Counted from the stretch's first letter, positions 13,017 to 27,662 are shown. The stretch is DNA of 64,000 nucleotides from Eledone cirrhosa (GCA_964016885.1 OZ024747.1:50716001-50780000); one strand, 5' to 3'. The notes: a model not told the origin generated them from the letters alone. Made by a program: numbers and translations.

Positions 13017-13350
13017 GAAAAGTATAGAAATTATTGTAGCAAGAAGCCAACAGTATTCCATAATATATAAGTGACTATAGCGTCAAAATGGGAAAATAGT
13101 TAACGTAAGATGTGGGAAAAATAATTCAAACTCAATTCAAAAAGAATCAGGATATAGATTCATCCAACAGAATTTAGTAAAATCCAGGGAAAAATCAATA
13201 GAGCCTTAACTCATGATAAAATAAAGTTTAAAATACTCATCCTTCAATTTGGAATAACTACAAATGCTATGTATAGTCTTGAAAAGACTATTTCACGAAA
13301 ACTTTCAGTGGGGATGATCACGGTTGGAATTCGATCCTCAGCAGAGCTCA
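13012..13350 (-). mobile_element. PLE-type terminal repeat fragment beside (TA)n (second copy at 47698-48030)
   Basis: ~335-bp sequence duplicated ~35 kb away; both copies abut (TA)n at the same end and contain an HHR motif. Confidence 0.75.
13266..13347 (-). ncRNA. Hammerhead ribozyme motif (type I)
   Basis: Minus strand: GCTCTG-CTGAGGA-T-CGAA...TTCG-T-GAAA-TAGTC(TTTTCAA)GACTA-TA/CATAGC. Confidence 0.7.
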
Positions 13351-13376
13351 ACACGATAGTCAAAATTTCACTGATT

Positions 13377-13449
13377 TACCGAGCGATTTTACGGGGGCTT
13401 TGCCTAAAATTATGTATATATATATATTATAAATTATGTATATATAAAT

Positions 13450-13495
<46 letters not shown>

Positions 13496-13530
13496 ATTTT
13501 CGGCAAAGCCCTCCGTAAAATCGCTCGGTA
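13377..13530. repeat. Inverted repeat enclosing (TA)n
   Basis: TACCGAGCGATTTTACGGGGGCTTTGCCTAAAATTATGTA versus TACATAATTTTCGGCAAAGCCCTCCGTAAAATCGCTCGGTA. Confidence 0.8.
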
Positions 13531-13890
13531 TCCAAATTAGGCTTATCAGTCGGTGTATACAGTTCTAGCGACTAGCGAGTAACAGTGACGAGAGAATACA
13601 TAGTCTTGATAAGGAGCAATAACTCTCTGCTACCTACCGCCGGAACAAAATGATGACGCCAATCGGCTAGATAACACACATGCAGTTATGGGTAATAAAG
13701 CACCAGTAATATACTAGGGTAATTGCTCGCCTTGCGCCAAAAGTAGAAATGATTATTATTATTCACTCACAAATACATTTACGTATCCGCCATGTTAGAT
13801 TGAAAACAAATTTTGATATATATATATATATAGGTATATATATATGTGTATATATATGTATATATGTATATGTATATATGTATGTAGATG

Positions 13891-13972
<82 letters not shown>

Positions 13973-14003
13973 CGTGTGTGTGTATGTACATATATACATA
14001 TAT

Positions 14004-14050
<47 letters not shown>

Positions 14051-14081
14051 CGTGTGTGTGTATGTACATATATACATACAT

Positions 14082-14169
<88 letters not shown>

Positions 14170-14322
14170 AGTACTTGTCACCCGGAGTCATATTTAAGGG
14201 TGTGGAACATAACATCTGACAAAAGAAAGAAAAAATATGCCACCTTTCTTATTTCTACTGTAATTCATCCAGAAGCGGATTATTTACTTGACAGTAAGAG
14301 GGACTTCAACACACACACACAC

Positions 14323-14449
<127 letters not shown>

Positions 14450-14630
14450 TGAACAGAGGAGATTGTCTCGATTACATTTATTAATAAGCTAATCCGGTCC
14501 GAATGCTTAACTAGTTTATATCTTCTATAATTTCCATCCCAATCTCCCAATCTCCAGCAACCATTAATTCCGATAGACCTAAGACAAGCTTCACTCTATT
14601 GTAATCAATGGAAATCTTCACGGAAAATTG

Positions 14631-14853
14631 AAATGTATCACGACTGCCAATTTAGCGATAGAAACAGCTATGAAATGGATCACGACTGCCAATTTAGGGA
14701 TAGAAACAGCTATGAATTGGATCACGACTGCCAATTTAGGGATAGAAACAGCTATGAAATGGATCATGACTGCCAATTTAGGGATAGAAAAGCCATGAAA
14801 TGGATCACGACTGCCAATTTAGGGATGGGAACAATCATGAAATGGATCACGAC
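14631..14853. repeat. 42-bp minisatellite, about 5.3 copies
   Basis: AAATGGATCACGACTGCCAATTTAGGGATAGAAACAGCTATG head-to-tail; one unit is 41 bp. Confidence 0.92.
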
Positions 14854-15926
14854 TTGAAGGTTAAGACAAATGATTTTCTGTTTTTATTTAAAATCTATCT
14901 TTCCTTGTCAATCTTCACTAAATCTATCCCGAAATACTCGTCTTCAGATTTTGCTTTTTGCTGTTTAATGAAGGAGGTAAAAGTAGGACCCGAGACTCTT
15001 CTTTAAAACACCAACACAGAGAGTGGGAGGGAGTATGGAAGGTATTTTCAAATCGTAGACTCGGCTGAAACATTTGCAGCCGACTGGTTTCAACTAAAGG
15101 ACCCCCATGTGGTGATATTGTTAAACCAGACGAGCTATTAAGCCGTCTTACACCAGTTCTTCGTTTGTTGTCGAAGAACTGTGAATTTCAATGCGACGTT
15201 AGAGACCTTTCTATTTTATTGGTTTTGTCTTTCAACATTCTTTTTCTTTTTTCCTTTTTTCTCTCTTTACCTCGCCAGCTGTCGCCAGCAGTCTGCTACC
15301 CCTGCTCGCTTTCCCATCTTTTTTTCCATTATCAGAAGTCGATAGGTCGGGGCTGCTGTTTATGGTCGGGAAAGAAGATCTTCAGTTTCTTGATTGGCTA
15401 ATAGAACCAAGCACGAGGAGATTTCTTATAATATTTCCGGATATGTGCTTGGTGGTGCCCTAGCAACCGCAGCCTTACTCGACTGTTTTTGATGTTGTTA
15501 ATGTTTTTTTTTTGTTTTTTTCAGTTCTTTAACCTTCTTCAGCTCTTTTCCACTGATTGTCTTATACAAATATTTATGGTTCAATAAAGCCAACAGATAT
15601 GTTTCTTTATTACCCCCACCATCCTTACATTAATTTTCGTTTTTTTTTTTACTCTCATCAAGCTCCTCATCGGTGGTCTTTGATCCCTTAGTGTAAAAGT
15701 ATACGTACATACATACATGCATACATACATATACAAACATACACATTTACAAACATAATGCATACATATATAACATACATAATTATATGCATACATACTA
15801 ATATACATATATACATATATACATACATACATATATACATACATATATACACATATACATACATATATACATACATACATACATATATAGATATATACAT
15901 ATATACATACATACATATATACATAT

Positions 15927-15984
<58 letters not shown>

Positions 15985-16129
15985 ATATATACATACATAC
16001 ATATGTATATGCATATATACACACACATACATATACAGATACGTACATGCATGCATACACATATACATACTCTCGAGCGCGCTCACACACATATACATAT
16101 ATATACATTTGCACTAATAAGCCCAAAAC

Positions 16130-16295
16130 TTATCATCAACATCATTAATATCACCACCACCATCATCATCATCATCATCAACATCATCATCATCATCACC
16201 ACCACCACTATCATCACCACCATCATCATCATCATCGTCACCACCACCACCATTATCATCATCATCATCAGGCGTGGGAGACAAAGAGAAGAAGT

Positions 16296-16329
<34 letters not shown>

Positions 16330-16432
16330 CGAAGGAGGTGTGGTAAGGAACCAGATGGATCATAACGCACCAGAGTGCTCAATACTTAGGATAGTAGAGG
16401 GGGTAATAGGAAAATGTTTAACCCCATTTTCC

Positions 16433-16467
<35 letters not shown>

Positions 16468-16687
16468 CTACATATTACTTTTTCTGCTTATTTCATTTAA
16501 TGCCAAAATCATCATCATCATCATCCTCATCATCATCATCATCATCATAATCATCATCATCATCATCATCATCATACACTTTAGCATCAACAATGGCAAT
16601 AAAGAAAACGAGAAAAATAACAACGTCTACATTACAACAACAACAATAACCAAAATAATTCCAAACAACGAGAATAAAAGATAAAAG

Positions 16688-16754
<67 letters not shown>

Positions 16755-16762
16755 TAATAATG

Positions 16763-16793
<31 letters not shown>

Positions 16794-17050
16794 GAAGAAG
16801 AAGAAGAAGAACATGTAAGACCAATAACAATAGCAACAGCAGCAACAACAATAACAAAAACAACAACAGCAGTCACAACAATAATAAAAACAACAACAGC
16901 AGTCACAACAACAGCAGCAACAACAGCAACAACATAGCAACAACAACAAAAACAGCAGCGGCAACAAAAATAGCAGCAACAACAACAACAACAGTAACGA
17001 CAAGAGCAACAACAACAAAACCAACAGCAACACAACAACAACAAGAATGG
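16130..17050. repeat. Compound trinucleotide tracts (CAT/CAC, AAT, AAG, CAA/CAG), interrupted by a PLE-end fragment at about 16328-16432
   Basis: Tracts directly visible; the fragment matches 30135-30225 and 41435-41520. Confidence 0.85.
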
Positions 17051-17460
17051 TAAACACTGCGATGAGACAATCTGTAGATCAAGTCACAGAATCAATACAG
17101 TAGAGTGTTTGTGAAGCAATATAAAGTAAAATATAATTTTAAAAGATGGCGACGGTTTAATGTGTCCTTAACTATTTCTCTTTTATATATTATATTGTTG
17201 TCGTTTTATTTACATATCGTAGCTGTAGAATTAATAGGGAAGTGGACGGAGACACAGGAAGTAAAGCAAGAAATAAACAATTAAAACATTTTTACTAATT
17301 AATAAATAAACATAGCATTGTTTAAACTTAAGACACTTCGGTGAACGGATTTTTGAAGGATTTCTAATTAACTTTTGCACACGAAACTTTTTTGAAATAA
17401 CGTCAAAATTTGAAACGACTAGTATATGTACATCTACCTATCTATCTACCTATCTATTTA

Positions 17461-17581
<121 letters not shown>

Positions 17582-17741
17582 TAATATATTAATAAAAGGA
17601 ATTCCAACTTTGTCTGATTAACTCGTTTTATTTACAATCCTTTAAAATTATAATGATATTATAATGAAATAGTATGGTCGAATATTAAATGTTAAGTGTT
17701 AATTGAACAAGTACTTTCATGCTTTCGCATTGACTTGACTG

Positions 17742-17798
<57 letters not shown>

Positions 17799-17801
17799 TG
17801 T

Positions 17802-18934
17802 TGGCTTTCCACAAAATACATATAGTTAGCACCCCAAACACTTAAATTGGGTTTATACTAACGTATAACCTAATGTTTGTTGAGTGAGATGGTTACCAGT
17901 CGGAGTTTAGCTTAAAGCTATCTCTGTTATTGTATTAAATATTTTACTCTTGATTTGGCCAGAGATTTTTATTTCTAGGTACCTTATAAGCTTGACTTTC
18001 CGTATTTATTACTGTTATGAGATATTGTTTGTTTTTTGGGAGTATAACTTCTCTGTTTTTAGCCTAAGAAAATATATATATGCGTGTGTAAATAATTACA
18101 TGCATACATTTATTTTTTTAAATTAATTGAGTTCTTAACACGCGAAATTAATATTGGCTTTGAAATAACTAATTAACTCGCGTGTATTAAATATTTTACT
18201 CTTAATTTGGCCAGAGATTTACATTCCCAAACGCCTTTTAAAGCGTAACTTTCCGTATTTATTGCAGTTGTGAGATGTGGTTGGTTTTTAGGTATTCACT
18301 TCTCTGTTTTTAGCCTAAGAAAATATCTATATGCGTGTGTAATTAATACACGCATACATTTATTTTTTAAAAATTAATTGAGTTCTTAACACGCTGGAAT
18401 GATAATGTTTTTGAAAAAACTAATTAACCCACGTGTATATTATTTTATTTTTCTCGTGACTAATGGTTGTCTCCCTTTTCCGCGTCGTGACGCTATGATA
18501 CATCCTCAGTCAAAAGACTGCTGGAATTTCAAATTTGGCGGTCATTCGATGCGTGAAGGGACAACTTAACAGACACGAAAATTAACTGCGGTAAGAAATT
18601 TTTTCTTATATCAAAGTTTAATGGGCTTCCACTTAAGATTTATAAGTGCCCACCTAAATATATTCTTACATGAAAATATGTTAGGCTTCTACATAAACTG
18701 GAAACATTCTCCCAACTTGTAGAAAACTTATAATGAAACAATTGTTTGGAAAGAGAGATATATTTTAACTTTAATTATATCTCATATAAAATAATACAAC
18801 TGGCTTTCCACAAAATACATATAGTTAGCACCCCAAACACTTAAATTGGGTTTATACTAACGTATAACCTAATGTTTGTTGAGTGAGATGGTTACCAGTC
18901 GGAGTTTAGCTTAAAGCTATCTCTGTTATTGTAT

Positions 18935-18940
<6 letters not shown>
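17802..18940. mobile_element. Unclassified ~1.14-kb element with identical ~140-bp direct terminal repeats, flanked by (TA)n
   Basis: 17802-17941 is repeated at 18801-18940; diverged internal ~253-bp tandem duplication (about 17930-18180 / 18183-18440). Confidence 0.6.
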
Positions 18941-18973
<33 letters not shown>

Positions 18974-18985
18974 TTAATATAGATG

Positions 18986-19036
18986 AGATTCTACAGGACT
19001 AGAACTGTTTCATTCTTTAGAAATCATCAGGTATCT
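18986..19036 (-). ncRNA. Hammerhead ribozyme motif (type I)
   Basis: Minus strand: AGATAC-CTGATGA-T-TTC(TAAA)GAA-T-GAAA-CAG(TTCTAGTC)CTG-TA/GAATCT; one stem I mismatch. Confidence 0.7.
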
Positions 19037-19582
19037 GGGTATCAAAAAATAATTATGGTATTTATAGGTCTCTTCATGTGGTAGAAGAGGGTAGGGAGTG
19101 GGATGGGTGTAGGTCATTGGTTGATAGAAAAGGGAATTCATTAAAAGCTAATTCTTCAAAGCTATAGTTTATTTTTAGAGTAACAAAGGCAGAAAGAATT
19201 CTATAAACAAGTTCGGGATGGGGTGCCACTCCTTATTTTTAAGTTTCTCTTAAGCTAACAATGCCTAGATATCAGGTGTCTATAAGATCATTGGGGGTCA
19301 GTCATGGTTGATGGATTTAAAGAAAAGGGACATTCTTTATATGCTAAATTCTTTAAGGTTCTACTAAGTGACAAAGGCCTAGAGAATTCTATAGACCAAT
19401 TCAAAATATTGAGTGCATATCATACCATGTATGTGTGCGTATGTGTGCGCGTGTGTGTATGTGTACATATATACATGTGTGCATGTGCATGTGCACACAT
19501 GTACACACGGGTATACACATGTGTATCTGCAGGTACATACATGTACATACATACACATGCGCACGCACGTGCGTATGCACAT

Positions 19583-19678
<96 letters not shown>

Positions 19679-19764
19679 GTATGTGTGTATATATATATAT
19701 ATATATTATACTTTCACTCGTGTAGGACACCTCGGTTATTTTTCATTTTGTAAAAAACCCTCAC

Positions 19765-19844
<80 letters not shown>

Positions 19845-20129
19845 ATATATATGTGTGTGTGTGTGTGTATATATATGTGTGTATATATGTGTGTATATTC
19901 TATAGACCAATTCAAAATATTGAGTGCATATCGTACCATTATCTTCAAATTTCTCTTAAACTATTCAACTATATTCCAAAAATCAACAGACACATTCACA
20001 AACACTCACTCACACACTCCCGCGCACCCACATACACCCACACATACATATATACATATATACATATATATATAAATATATACACACATACATATACATA
20101 TATATATACATATACACACACATATATAT

Positions 20130-20212
<83 letters not shown>

Positions 20213-20262
20213 AGAGACGTAAAATAAGAAAATTATAAAATTAACTTACTTACTAAAAAATC

Positions 20263-20345
20263 ACTTCCAACTAATTAGTTTCTGGAATGGAGTAAATATA
20301 TTTTCCGAAGAAACATATAAAAAATCATTCCGTCATCAGGAAAGA
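20263..20345 (-). ncRNA. Hammerhead ribozyme motif (type I, long stem II)
   Basis: Reverse complement of the motif at 20799-20881. Confidence 0.75.
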
Positions 20346-20798
20346 CTTTTTCCGTGTAACTCTCCAAGCATAGCGAGGACTCTGGAAACTTATTAAAAAA
20401 ATAATTCAGTGGAAAGGAAATAGCGAAGCGTGGACTGGATTCCTAGCCATTGAGAAAATCACTGCCTCTACGTCTGTGGCAAATTCAAAAAGAATCAATC
20501 ACGTGACATCGAGGTCAATCAGTGGAAAGCGAGTGGTTAATAAGACAGCGGCCAGCCTACTACCATAGTAGCAGTCATGGCCAAATATTGCTCGACAAAT
20601 GAATTGCAGATAATTATAAGGAATTCATATCTAGTAACATTTATATACACACAGATGCATATCAATGCTAGCAAATATATAGGTTTTGTCTTATTAACAT
20701 TGTGGTTCAATGCATGGGGTTGCAGAACAATAATATGAATTATTTTTTTAATAAGTTTCCAGAGTCCTCGCTATGCCTGGAGACTTACACGGAAAAAG

Positions 20799-20881
20799 AC
20801 TTTCCTGATGACGGAATGATTTTCGATATGTTTCTTCGGAAAATATATTTACTCCATTCCAGAAACTAATTAGTTGGAAGT
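20799..20881 (+). ncRNA. Hammerhead ribozyme motif (type I, long stem II)
   Basis: ACTTTC-CTGATGA-C-GGAATG...CATTCC-A-GAAAC-TAATTA-GTT/GGAAGT; palindromic AACTAATTAGTT stem III; predicted cleavage after 20875. Confidence 0.78.
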
Positions 20882-21324
20882 GATTTTTTTAGTAAGTAAG
20901 TTAATTTTATAATTTTCTTATTTTACGTCTCTCATATTATTGTTTTGCAACCCCATGCGTTGAACCACAATGTTAATAAGACAAAATCTATATATTTGCT
21001 AGCATTGATATGCATCTGTGTGTATATAAATGTTATTAGATATGAATTCCTTATAATTATCTGCAATTCATTTGTCGAGCAATATTTGGCCATGACTGCT
21101 ACTATGGTAGTAGGCTGGCCGCTGTCTTATTAACCACTCGCTTTCCACTGATTGACCTCGACGTCACGTGATTGATTCTTTTTGAATTTGCCACAGACGT
21201 AGAGGCAGTGATTTTCTCAATGGCTAGGAATCCAGTCCACGCTTCGCTATTTCCTTTCCACTGAATTATTTTTTTAATAAGTTTCCAGAGTCCTCGCTAT
21301 GCTTGGAGAGTTACACGGAAAAAG

Positions 21325-21407
21325 ACTTTCCTGATGACGGAATGATTTTCCATATGTTTCTTCGGAAAATATATTTACTCCATTCCAGAAACTAATTAGT
21401 TGGAAGT
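21325..21407 (+). ncRNA. Hammerhead ribozyme motif (type I, long stem II)
   Basis: Second direct copy; predicted cleavage after 21401. Confidence 0.78.
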
Positions 21408-21647
21408 GATTTTTTAGTAAGTAAGTTAATTTTATAATTTTCTTATTTTACGTCTCTCATATTATTGTTCTGCAACCCCATGCATTGAACCACAATGTTA
21501 ATAAGACAAAACCTATATATTTGCTAGCATTGATATGCATCTGTGTGTATATAAATGTTACTAGATATGAATTCCTTATATATATATATATATATACACA
21601 CATATATACACATATATACGTACACACATACACACATACATATATAC

Positions 21648-21724
<77 letters not shown>

Positions 21725-21837
21725 TACATATATATATATACATATATATACACACACACACACACACATACACACATATATACACATATATACACACATA
21801 TATAAATACACACACAGAGAACCACACAAACACATAC

Positions 21838-22301
<464 letters not shown>

Positions 22302-22340
22302 CACATTTCACAATGCTTCAAGCAATCTTTAACACCCTCT

Positions 22341-22372
<32 letters not shown>

Positions 22373-22921
22373 TACATGTGCATACGCACGTGCGTGCGCA
22401 TGTGTATGTATGTACATGTATGTACCTGCTGATACACATGTGTATACCCGTGTGTACATGTGTGCACATGCACATGCACACATGTATATATGTACACATA
22501 CACACACGCGCACACATACGCACACATACATGGTATGATATGCACTCAATATTTTGAATTGGTCTATAGAATTCTCTAGGCCTTTGTCACTTAGTAGAAC
22601 CTTAAAGAATTTAGCTTTTAAAGAATCTCCCTTTTCTTTAAATCCATCAACCATGACTGACCCCCAATGATCTTATAGACACCTGATATCTAGGCATTGT
22701 TAGCTTAAGAGAAACTTAAAAGTAAGGAGTGGCACCCCATCCCGAACTTGTTTATGGAATTCTTTCTGCCTTTGTTACTCTAAAAATAAACTATAGCTTT
22801 GAAGAATTAGCTTTTAATGAATTCCCTTTTCTATCAACCAATGACCTACACCCATCCCACTCCCTACCCTCTCCTACCACCTCAAGAGACCTATAAATAC
22901 CATACTTATTTTTTGATACCC

Positions 22922-22972
22922 AGATTCCTGATGATTTCTAAAGAATGAAACAGTTCTAGTCCTGTAGAATCT
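22922..22972 (+). ncRNA. Hammerhead ribozyme motif (type I)
   Basis: AGATTC-CTGATGA-T-TTC(TAAA)GAA-T-GAAA-CAG(TTCTAGTC)CTG-TA/GAATCT; perfect 6-bp stem I; GUA cleavage triplet. Confidence 0.8.
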
Positions 22973-23067
22973 CATCTATATTAAAACTATTATACTCTGC
23001 AATGTATTGAGTACCTTACTTACTGTGGTTACCTCCGACTCATCCCGGAATAACGTATATATATATA

Positions 23068-23360
<293 letters not shown>

Positions 23361-24250
23361 ATTTGTTATGACTTCATTACGTTTACTTCGGGTGGTTTTC
23401 TGCTACCATGTGTAGTGTGTATATTGATATTATACGCAAGTATATATATATGTAAATATGATACATCAAATAAAATCGTAATTGACAATATACACAGAAA
23501 TTGAACGAAGACTGCGTTACACTGTCTTATGTAATCAATAACGTAATCCACGATACATAAAAAAAAGACGATATTATATATAAACTGCATTAGGAGAAAA
23601 TTAGTGACAGAAATATATGAATGTTTATTTAAGCGATCGCTAACCGAAAGTGTTGACATTTGAAAAATTTAAAGAAGCGAATCTTAAAATAACCAACAAA
23701 ATTATTTATATTTAATCAAGAATAACGAAATTTAGTAGATACATTATGTAATATTCATTCATTATTTATTCAAAGTAGCCCAACTTATTTTACTAATGGG
23801 ATAAAAAAGTACATTCTGGACGTAGTCCCGCACTCCTTACTTTATTATAGTTTAGATTGAGTAGTGAGTGACGCGCCTTTCGCTATTAATCATATCAAGG
23901 TTCGATCTGTATCGATCTAGACCGACTCTCGAATCAAAAGTACGTCGCACCCCTGCTGTGGTAACGACAGAATTAACCTGTAGGGCTTAGAAAGGTATAT
24001 AATGATTCGCACACATTTATGGTGGTAGTGGGGAGCGAAGGTTGGTGTGAGTTACGGGGGTGTGGTGTTTTGACTGGTCAATAGTGAAACGCGCGTCACT
24101 ACCCAATAAACATAATGAAGACATAACAAATCGCCCTTTTTATTATTATTATTATAATTACACTTTGCTTAGTTGTACAGCGCTATACCGACCGGAAACT
24201 ATGAATCGAGTTCTCACTCTGGTGAAACTACAGTGACTGGACGTTACATT

Positions 24251-24351
<101 letters not shown>

Positions 24352-24704
24352 CAGTTCAAGAGTAAACCAATCTTAAATGGAGAGATAGAGATAGGATAGG
24401 AGAGATTGGTGACGGTGTTAGAAGCCAAAAGATTAAAAGTGGGTGCTCGATGTGCAAGATAAAATCGTATGGAGTAGTGAAACAATTGTAAACTGACATT
24501 CTTATCCTTTCTTTTTTATATTAAACTGCACTTAATGTTGATACTCTTTGACTAATGTCTTCTATGTGAGCTTGTGGTCTTGATTTGCTTAACTACTGAA
24601 TATATATATATAGTAATAATAATAAATGTGAAAACTAAAATCCGAAGAGGGCTCGATATGGATAATATATATATAAAAAAATATTTTAAAAACCTTAGAG
24701 GAAA

Positions 24705-24832
24705 TATTTATTAAAATAACAGTTTAAAGTTTAAGCTTCTTTCACCCTTAACGGGATCTTCTGAGTTTTAGAAGATCCCGTTAAAGGGGAAAAGCAGAGA
24801 TACTTAAACTTTAATCTGTTATTTTAATAAAT
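24705..24832. repeat. Imperfect hairpin containing an HHR-like motif with a CAGAAGA core
   Basis: TATTAAAATAACAG..AAAGTTTAAG..CCCTTAACGGGATCTTCT versus AGAAGATCCCGTTAAAGGG..CTTAAACTTT..CTGTTATTTTAATA; same family at 30057-30127. Confidence 0.7.
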
Positions 24833-25163
24833 ATGTGTGTGTGTGTGTGTGTGGTGGAAGCGTGTGTAACATTTTCATCATCATTTAAGGGACGGTATTT
24901 TTTATACACACACACACGCATACACACACATATTCATACATACATGTGTACACCTCCCACTCATATATATAAACATATATGCTTATATCTATATACATAT
25001 ATATATATATATATATAAGGATTAAAATACTGGAGCGTGTTGGAGTTAAACACCTTCTTCGTATTATAGAAATGACAGTAAAAGGTATAGCTCAATGTAA
25101 TTAAACAGAGCCGAAGAATTATGAAAATAAAACAAAGAAGCCTTCAATACATCAAAAGTCTTT

Positions 25164-25208
25164 ATTAGCCAACAATGTTTCGTCCTATTAAGGACTCATC
25201 AGGGCAAT
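25164..25208 (-). ncRNA. Minimal hammerhead ribozyme (canonical core)
   Basis: Minus strand: ATTGCC-CTGATGA-GTCC(TTAATA)GGAC-GAAAC-ATT-GTT/GGCTAAT. Confidence 0.85.
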
Positions 25209-26891
25209 CAAAACCACAAGAAGCACTATCGGCCAATACAAGCCGAAAACTCCGAAGAATATGGAGTGTACATACACTAAAGTATTGGAAGATTATGGGT
25301 AAAAATATATAATAAAAATCACTAAGGAGGTGGATAACATTTTGAACCATATTACAAATATAGTCCAAAGCAAAAAAACTAGAGCTAAACAAAGTTATAT
25401 AGAGCGGGAATTATAGTACTATATGTAATACAATATAATATAATATAATATACTTGTAACAATATTAAAATTAAAATTAAAATTAAAAGGCACAATATAC
25501 ATATGTATATATGTACGCACACGTACGCACATAGACATATACATCAATACACATTTCCATCATTAACAGCACAAATCAAACCTTATTAAGAGTTTAAATA
25601 TAAATAAGCATAATAGGAATAAAAATTAAAATAATACGTATATCTAATATACAGTATAACATGAAGTAATGAAATGATTAAAAGTAACACATATAATATA
25701 TAATAAACTATATAATTATATAATATATAATATAATATAATAGATAATCTCCGGTTAATTTACACAAACAATATAGATGTCACAATAATACTATAATAAT
25801 AATATAATAATATATAATATATAATGGCATGTAAGTTAACAAATCAATTCATATAGAGTTACAGAGTAGGTAAGAAAAAAATATAAATTGTACAGTACCC
25901 AAAATTATGATGGTACAAAAATATAAACATCTTACATGATATATAAAATTTAACATATCATAATGGTACATAAAATCATCAGTAAGTAATAAGGATCAAT
26001 AGTACATTTACAAAGAGTTGAATAACAACTTCAATATAAAATAATGAACATAATATAATATATAATTACTTATAATTACAAGGTTGGTAAACAGACACAT
26101 ATGTGAATGAGTGAATAAGGGCCAGACAGAAAATACTATGCACAGTAGTATTAATAAATAAATAAATAAAATCAACCGGAAATTAAAAAACAAAAACAAA
26201 AGTATTTACTTAGGTCTCACATGCAGTTAAGTAAAAACTTAGGAAACAACCCAGATAAATGACTAGAAAACCCTATTTGATAAATTAATATTAAAAATAT
26301 TTAAAATACCTAATAAGGCAATACAATATTAGCTATGGTTTAAGTAATCAAAATTCCTAAACATTAATATTTCACTATAAATATATATAGAAAGGAATGA
26401 AATATTCTACTATCATTTACATAACGATATCTAAAAAACTGACTTAAGCAGATTATGGTAGGCTAATAGGGACAGAAAAAAAGAAATGTATGAAGGATAC
26501 AAAGGAGCATAAAATCATAATCAATATACTGTATTATATAATAGAAAGGAGCATAAAAAGGGGGGGATTAAATATAATCATAATATATTTGAAGGGGTTA
26601 GCAATAAGTTTATGTGTGCATAAGGGGGGGGGGGGTTATCTAAAGAAGAATCCAAATAAAATAAAATAAAATGAAATAAAATAATATAAAATATATAATC
26701 AGATATATACTCATAAGGTGTTAATAGTGAAAATTTAATGTGTAAGAAGATAGATATGGTATAGTAGCCAAAAGATTATGAGAGCTACAATAAAAAGTTG
26801 TCAAAAACCAATGATAATAATGATGATAATAATGGTGGTAAACAAAAAGAACCTAAACTAAAAAAAAAAAATAAGTAATGGAATATATCAG

Positions 26892-27225
26892 CTAATGGAT
26901 ACAATTTACACTACTAGAACCTTTAGGTTTATAATAAAAGTAAGAATTAGAAATAGCGTGGGGGCAAGAAGAGAATATCTCAGACTTTCTATTAAGTAAG
27001 GATTCACTAGAGAAAATTATAGAGTGTGTCTCGAGGATACAGAGATTACAAAATTTAGTATGTGTAGAAAGGTTATTAGAGCGTGCTACTAAACGCCAAT
27101 TAAGGCTATATGGTATATTAGCCCCCTTAAGATCCCAGATATAGTGTGCTAAAGAAGTAGAATTCTTAAACTTAACATGTTTGAAATTAGAGATATGAGA
27201 ATTAAACCTAGTCTTAAAAGTCTTG
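26892..27225 (-). pseudogene. C-terminal part of a PLE GIY-YIG endonuclease (uninterrupted frame, no start)
   Basis: Manual translation: KTFKTRFNSHISNFKHVKFKNSTSLAHYIWDLKGANIPYSLNWRLV...CNLCILETHSII...LLNRKSEIFSSCPH...*; missed by the ORF track. Confidence 0.82.
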
Positions 27226-27255
27226 TATTGGCCGATAGTGCTTCTTGTGGTTTTG

Positions 27256-27300
27256 ATTGCCCTGATGAGTCCTTAATAGGACGAAACATTGTTGGCTAAT
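27256..27300 (+). ncRNA. Minimal hammerhead ribozyme (canonical core)
   Basis: ATTGCC-CTGATGA-GTCC(TTAATA)GGAC-GAAAC-ATT-GTT/GGCTAAT; predicted cleavage after 27293. Confidence 0.85.
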
Positions 27301-27341
27301 AAAGACTTTTGATGTATTGAAGGCTTCTTTGTTTTATTTTC

Positions 27342-27413
<72 letters not shown>

Positions 27414-27440
27414 TAGGAATACAACAGTTAGTTCACCATA

Positions 27441-27479
27441 CCGAGTACAATTGTTTCACCTTGCGGATCCTCAGCTCGA
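27441..27479 (-). ncRNA. Minimal hammerhead ribozyme in an ~83-bp island within (TA)n
   Basis: Minus strand: TCGAG-CTGAGGA-T-CC(GCAA)GG-T-GAAAC-AATT-GTA/CTCGG; GNRA loop II; palindromic loop III. Confidence 0.8.
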
Positions 27480-27490
27480 ACAGAGAATGG

Positions 27491-27662
<172 letters not shown>

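Larger units (their letters stand above)
20211..21579. mobile_element. Non-coding 526-bp HHR-bearing unit: one inverted copy (20211-20738) plus ~1.6 direct tandem copies (20736-21579); retrozyme/PLE-pLTR-like
   Basis: CTGATGA at 20805 and 21331 (period 526); near-identical copies; (TA)n on both flanks; no long ORF. Confidence 0.85.
25018..27347 (-). mobile_element. 5'-truncated Penelope-like element with inverted 5' terminal repeat, in (TA)n
   Basis: GIY-YIG C-terminal fragment, long AT-rich 3' region, HHR at 25164-25208, and an exact inverted copy of about 25118-25242 at about 27222-27347. Confidence 0.85.

Noticed and set aside
14631-14853. 42-bp repeats as a CRISPR array or coding repeat
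   Set aside because: No spacers, one 41-bp unit breaks the frame, eukaryotic context, no cas genes.
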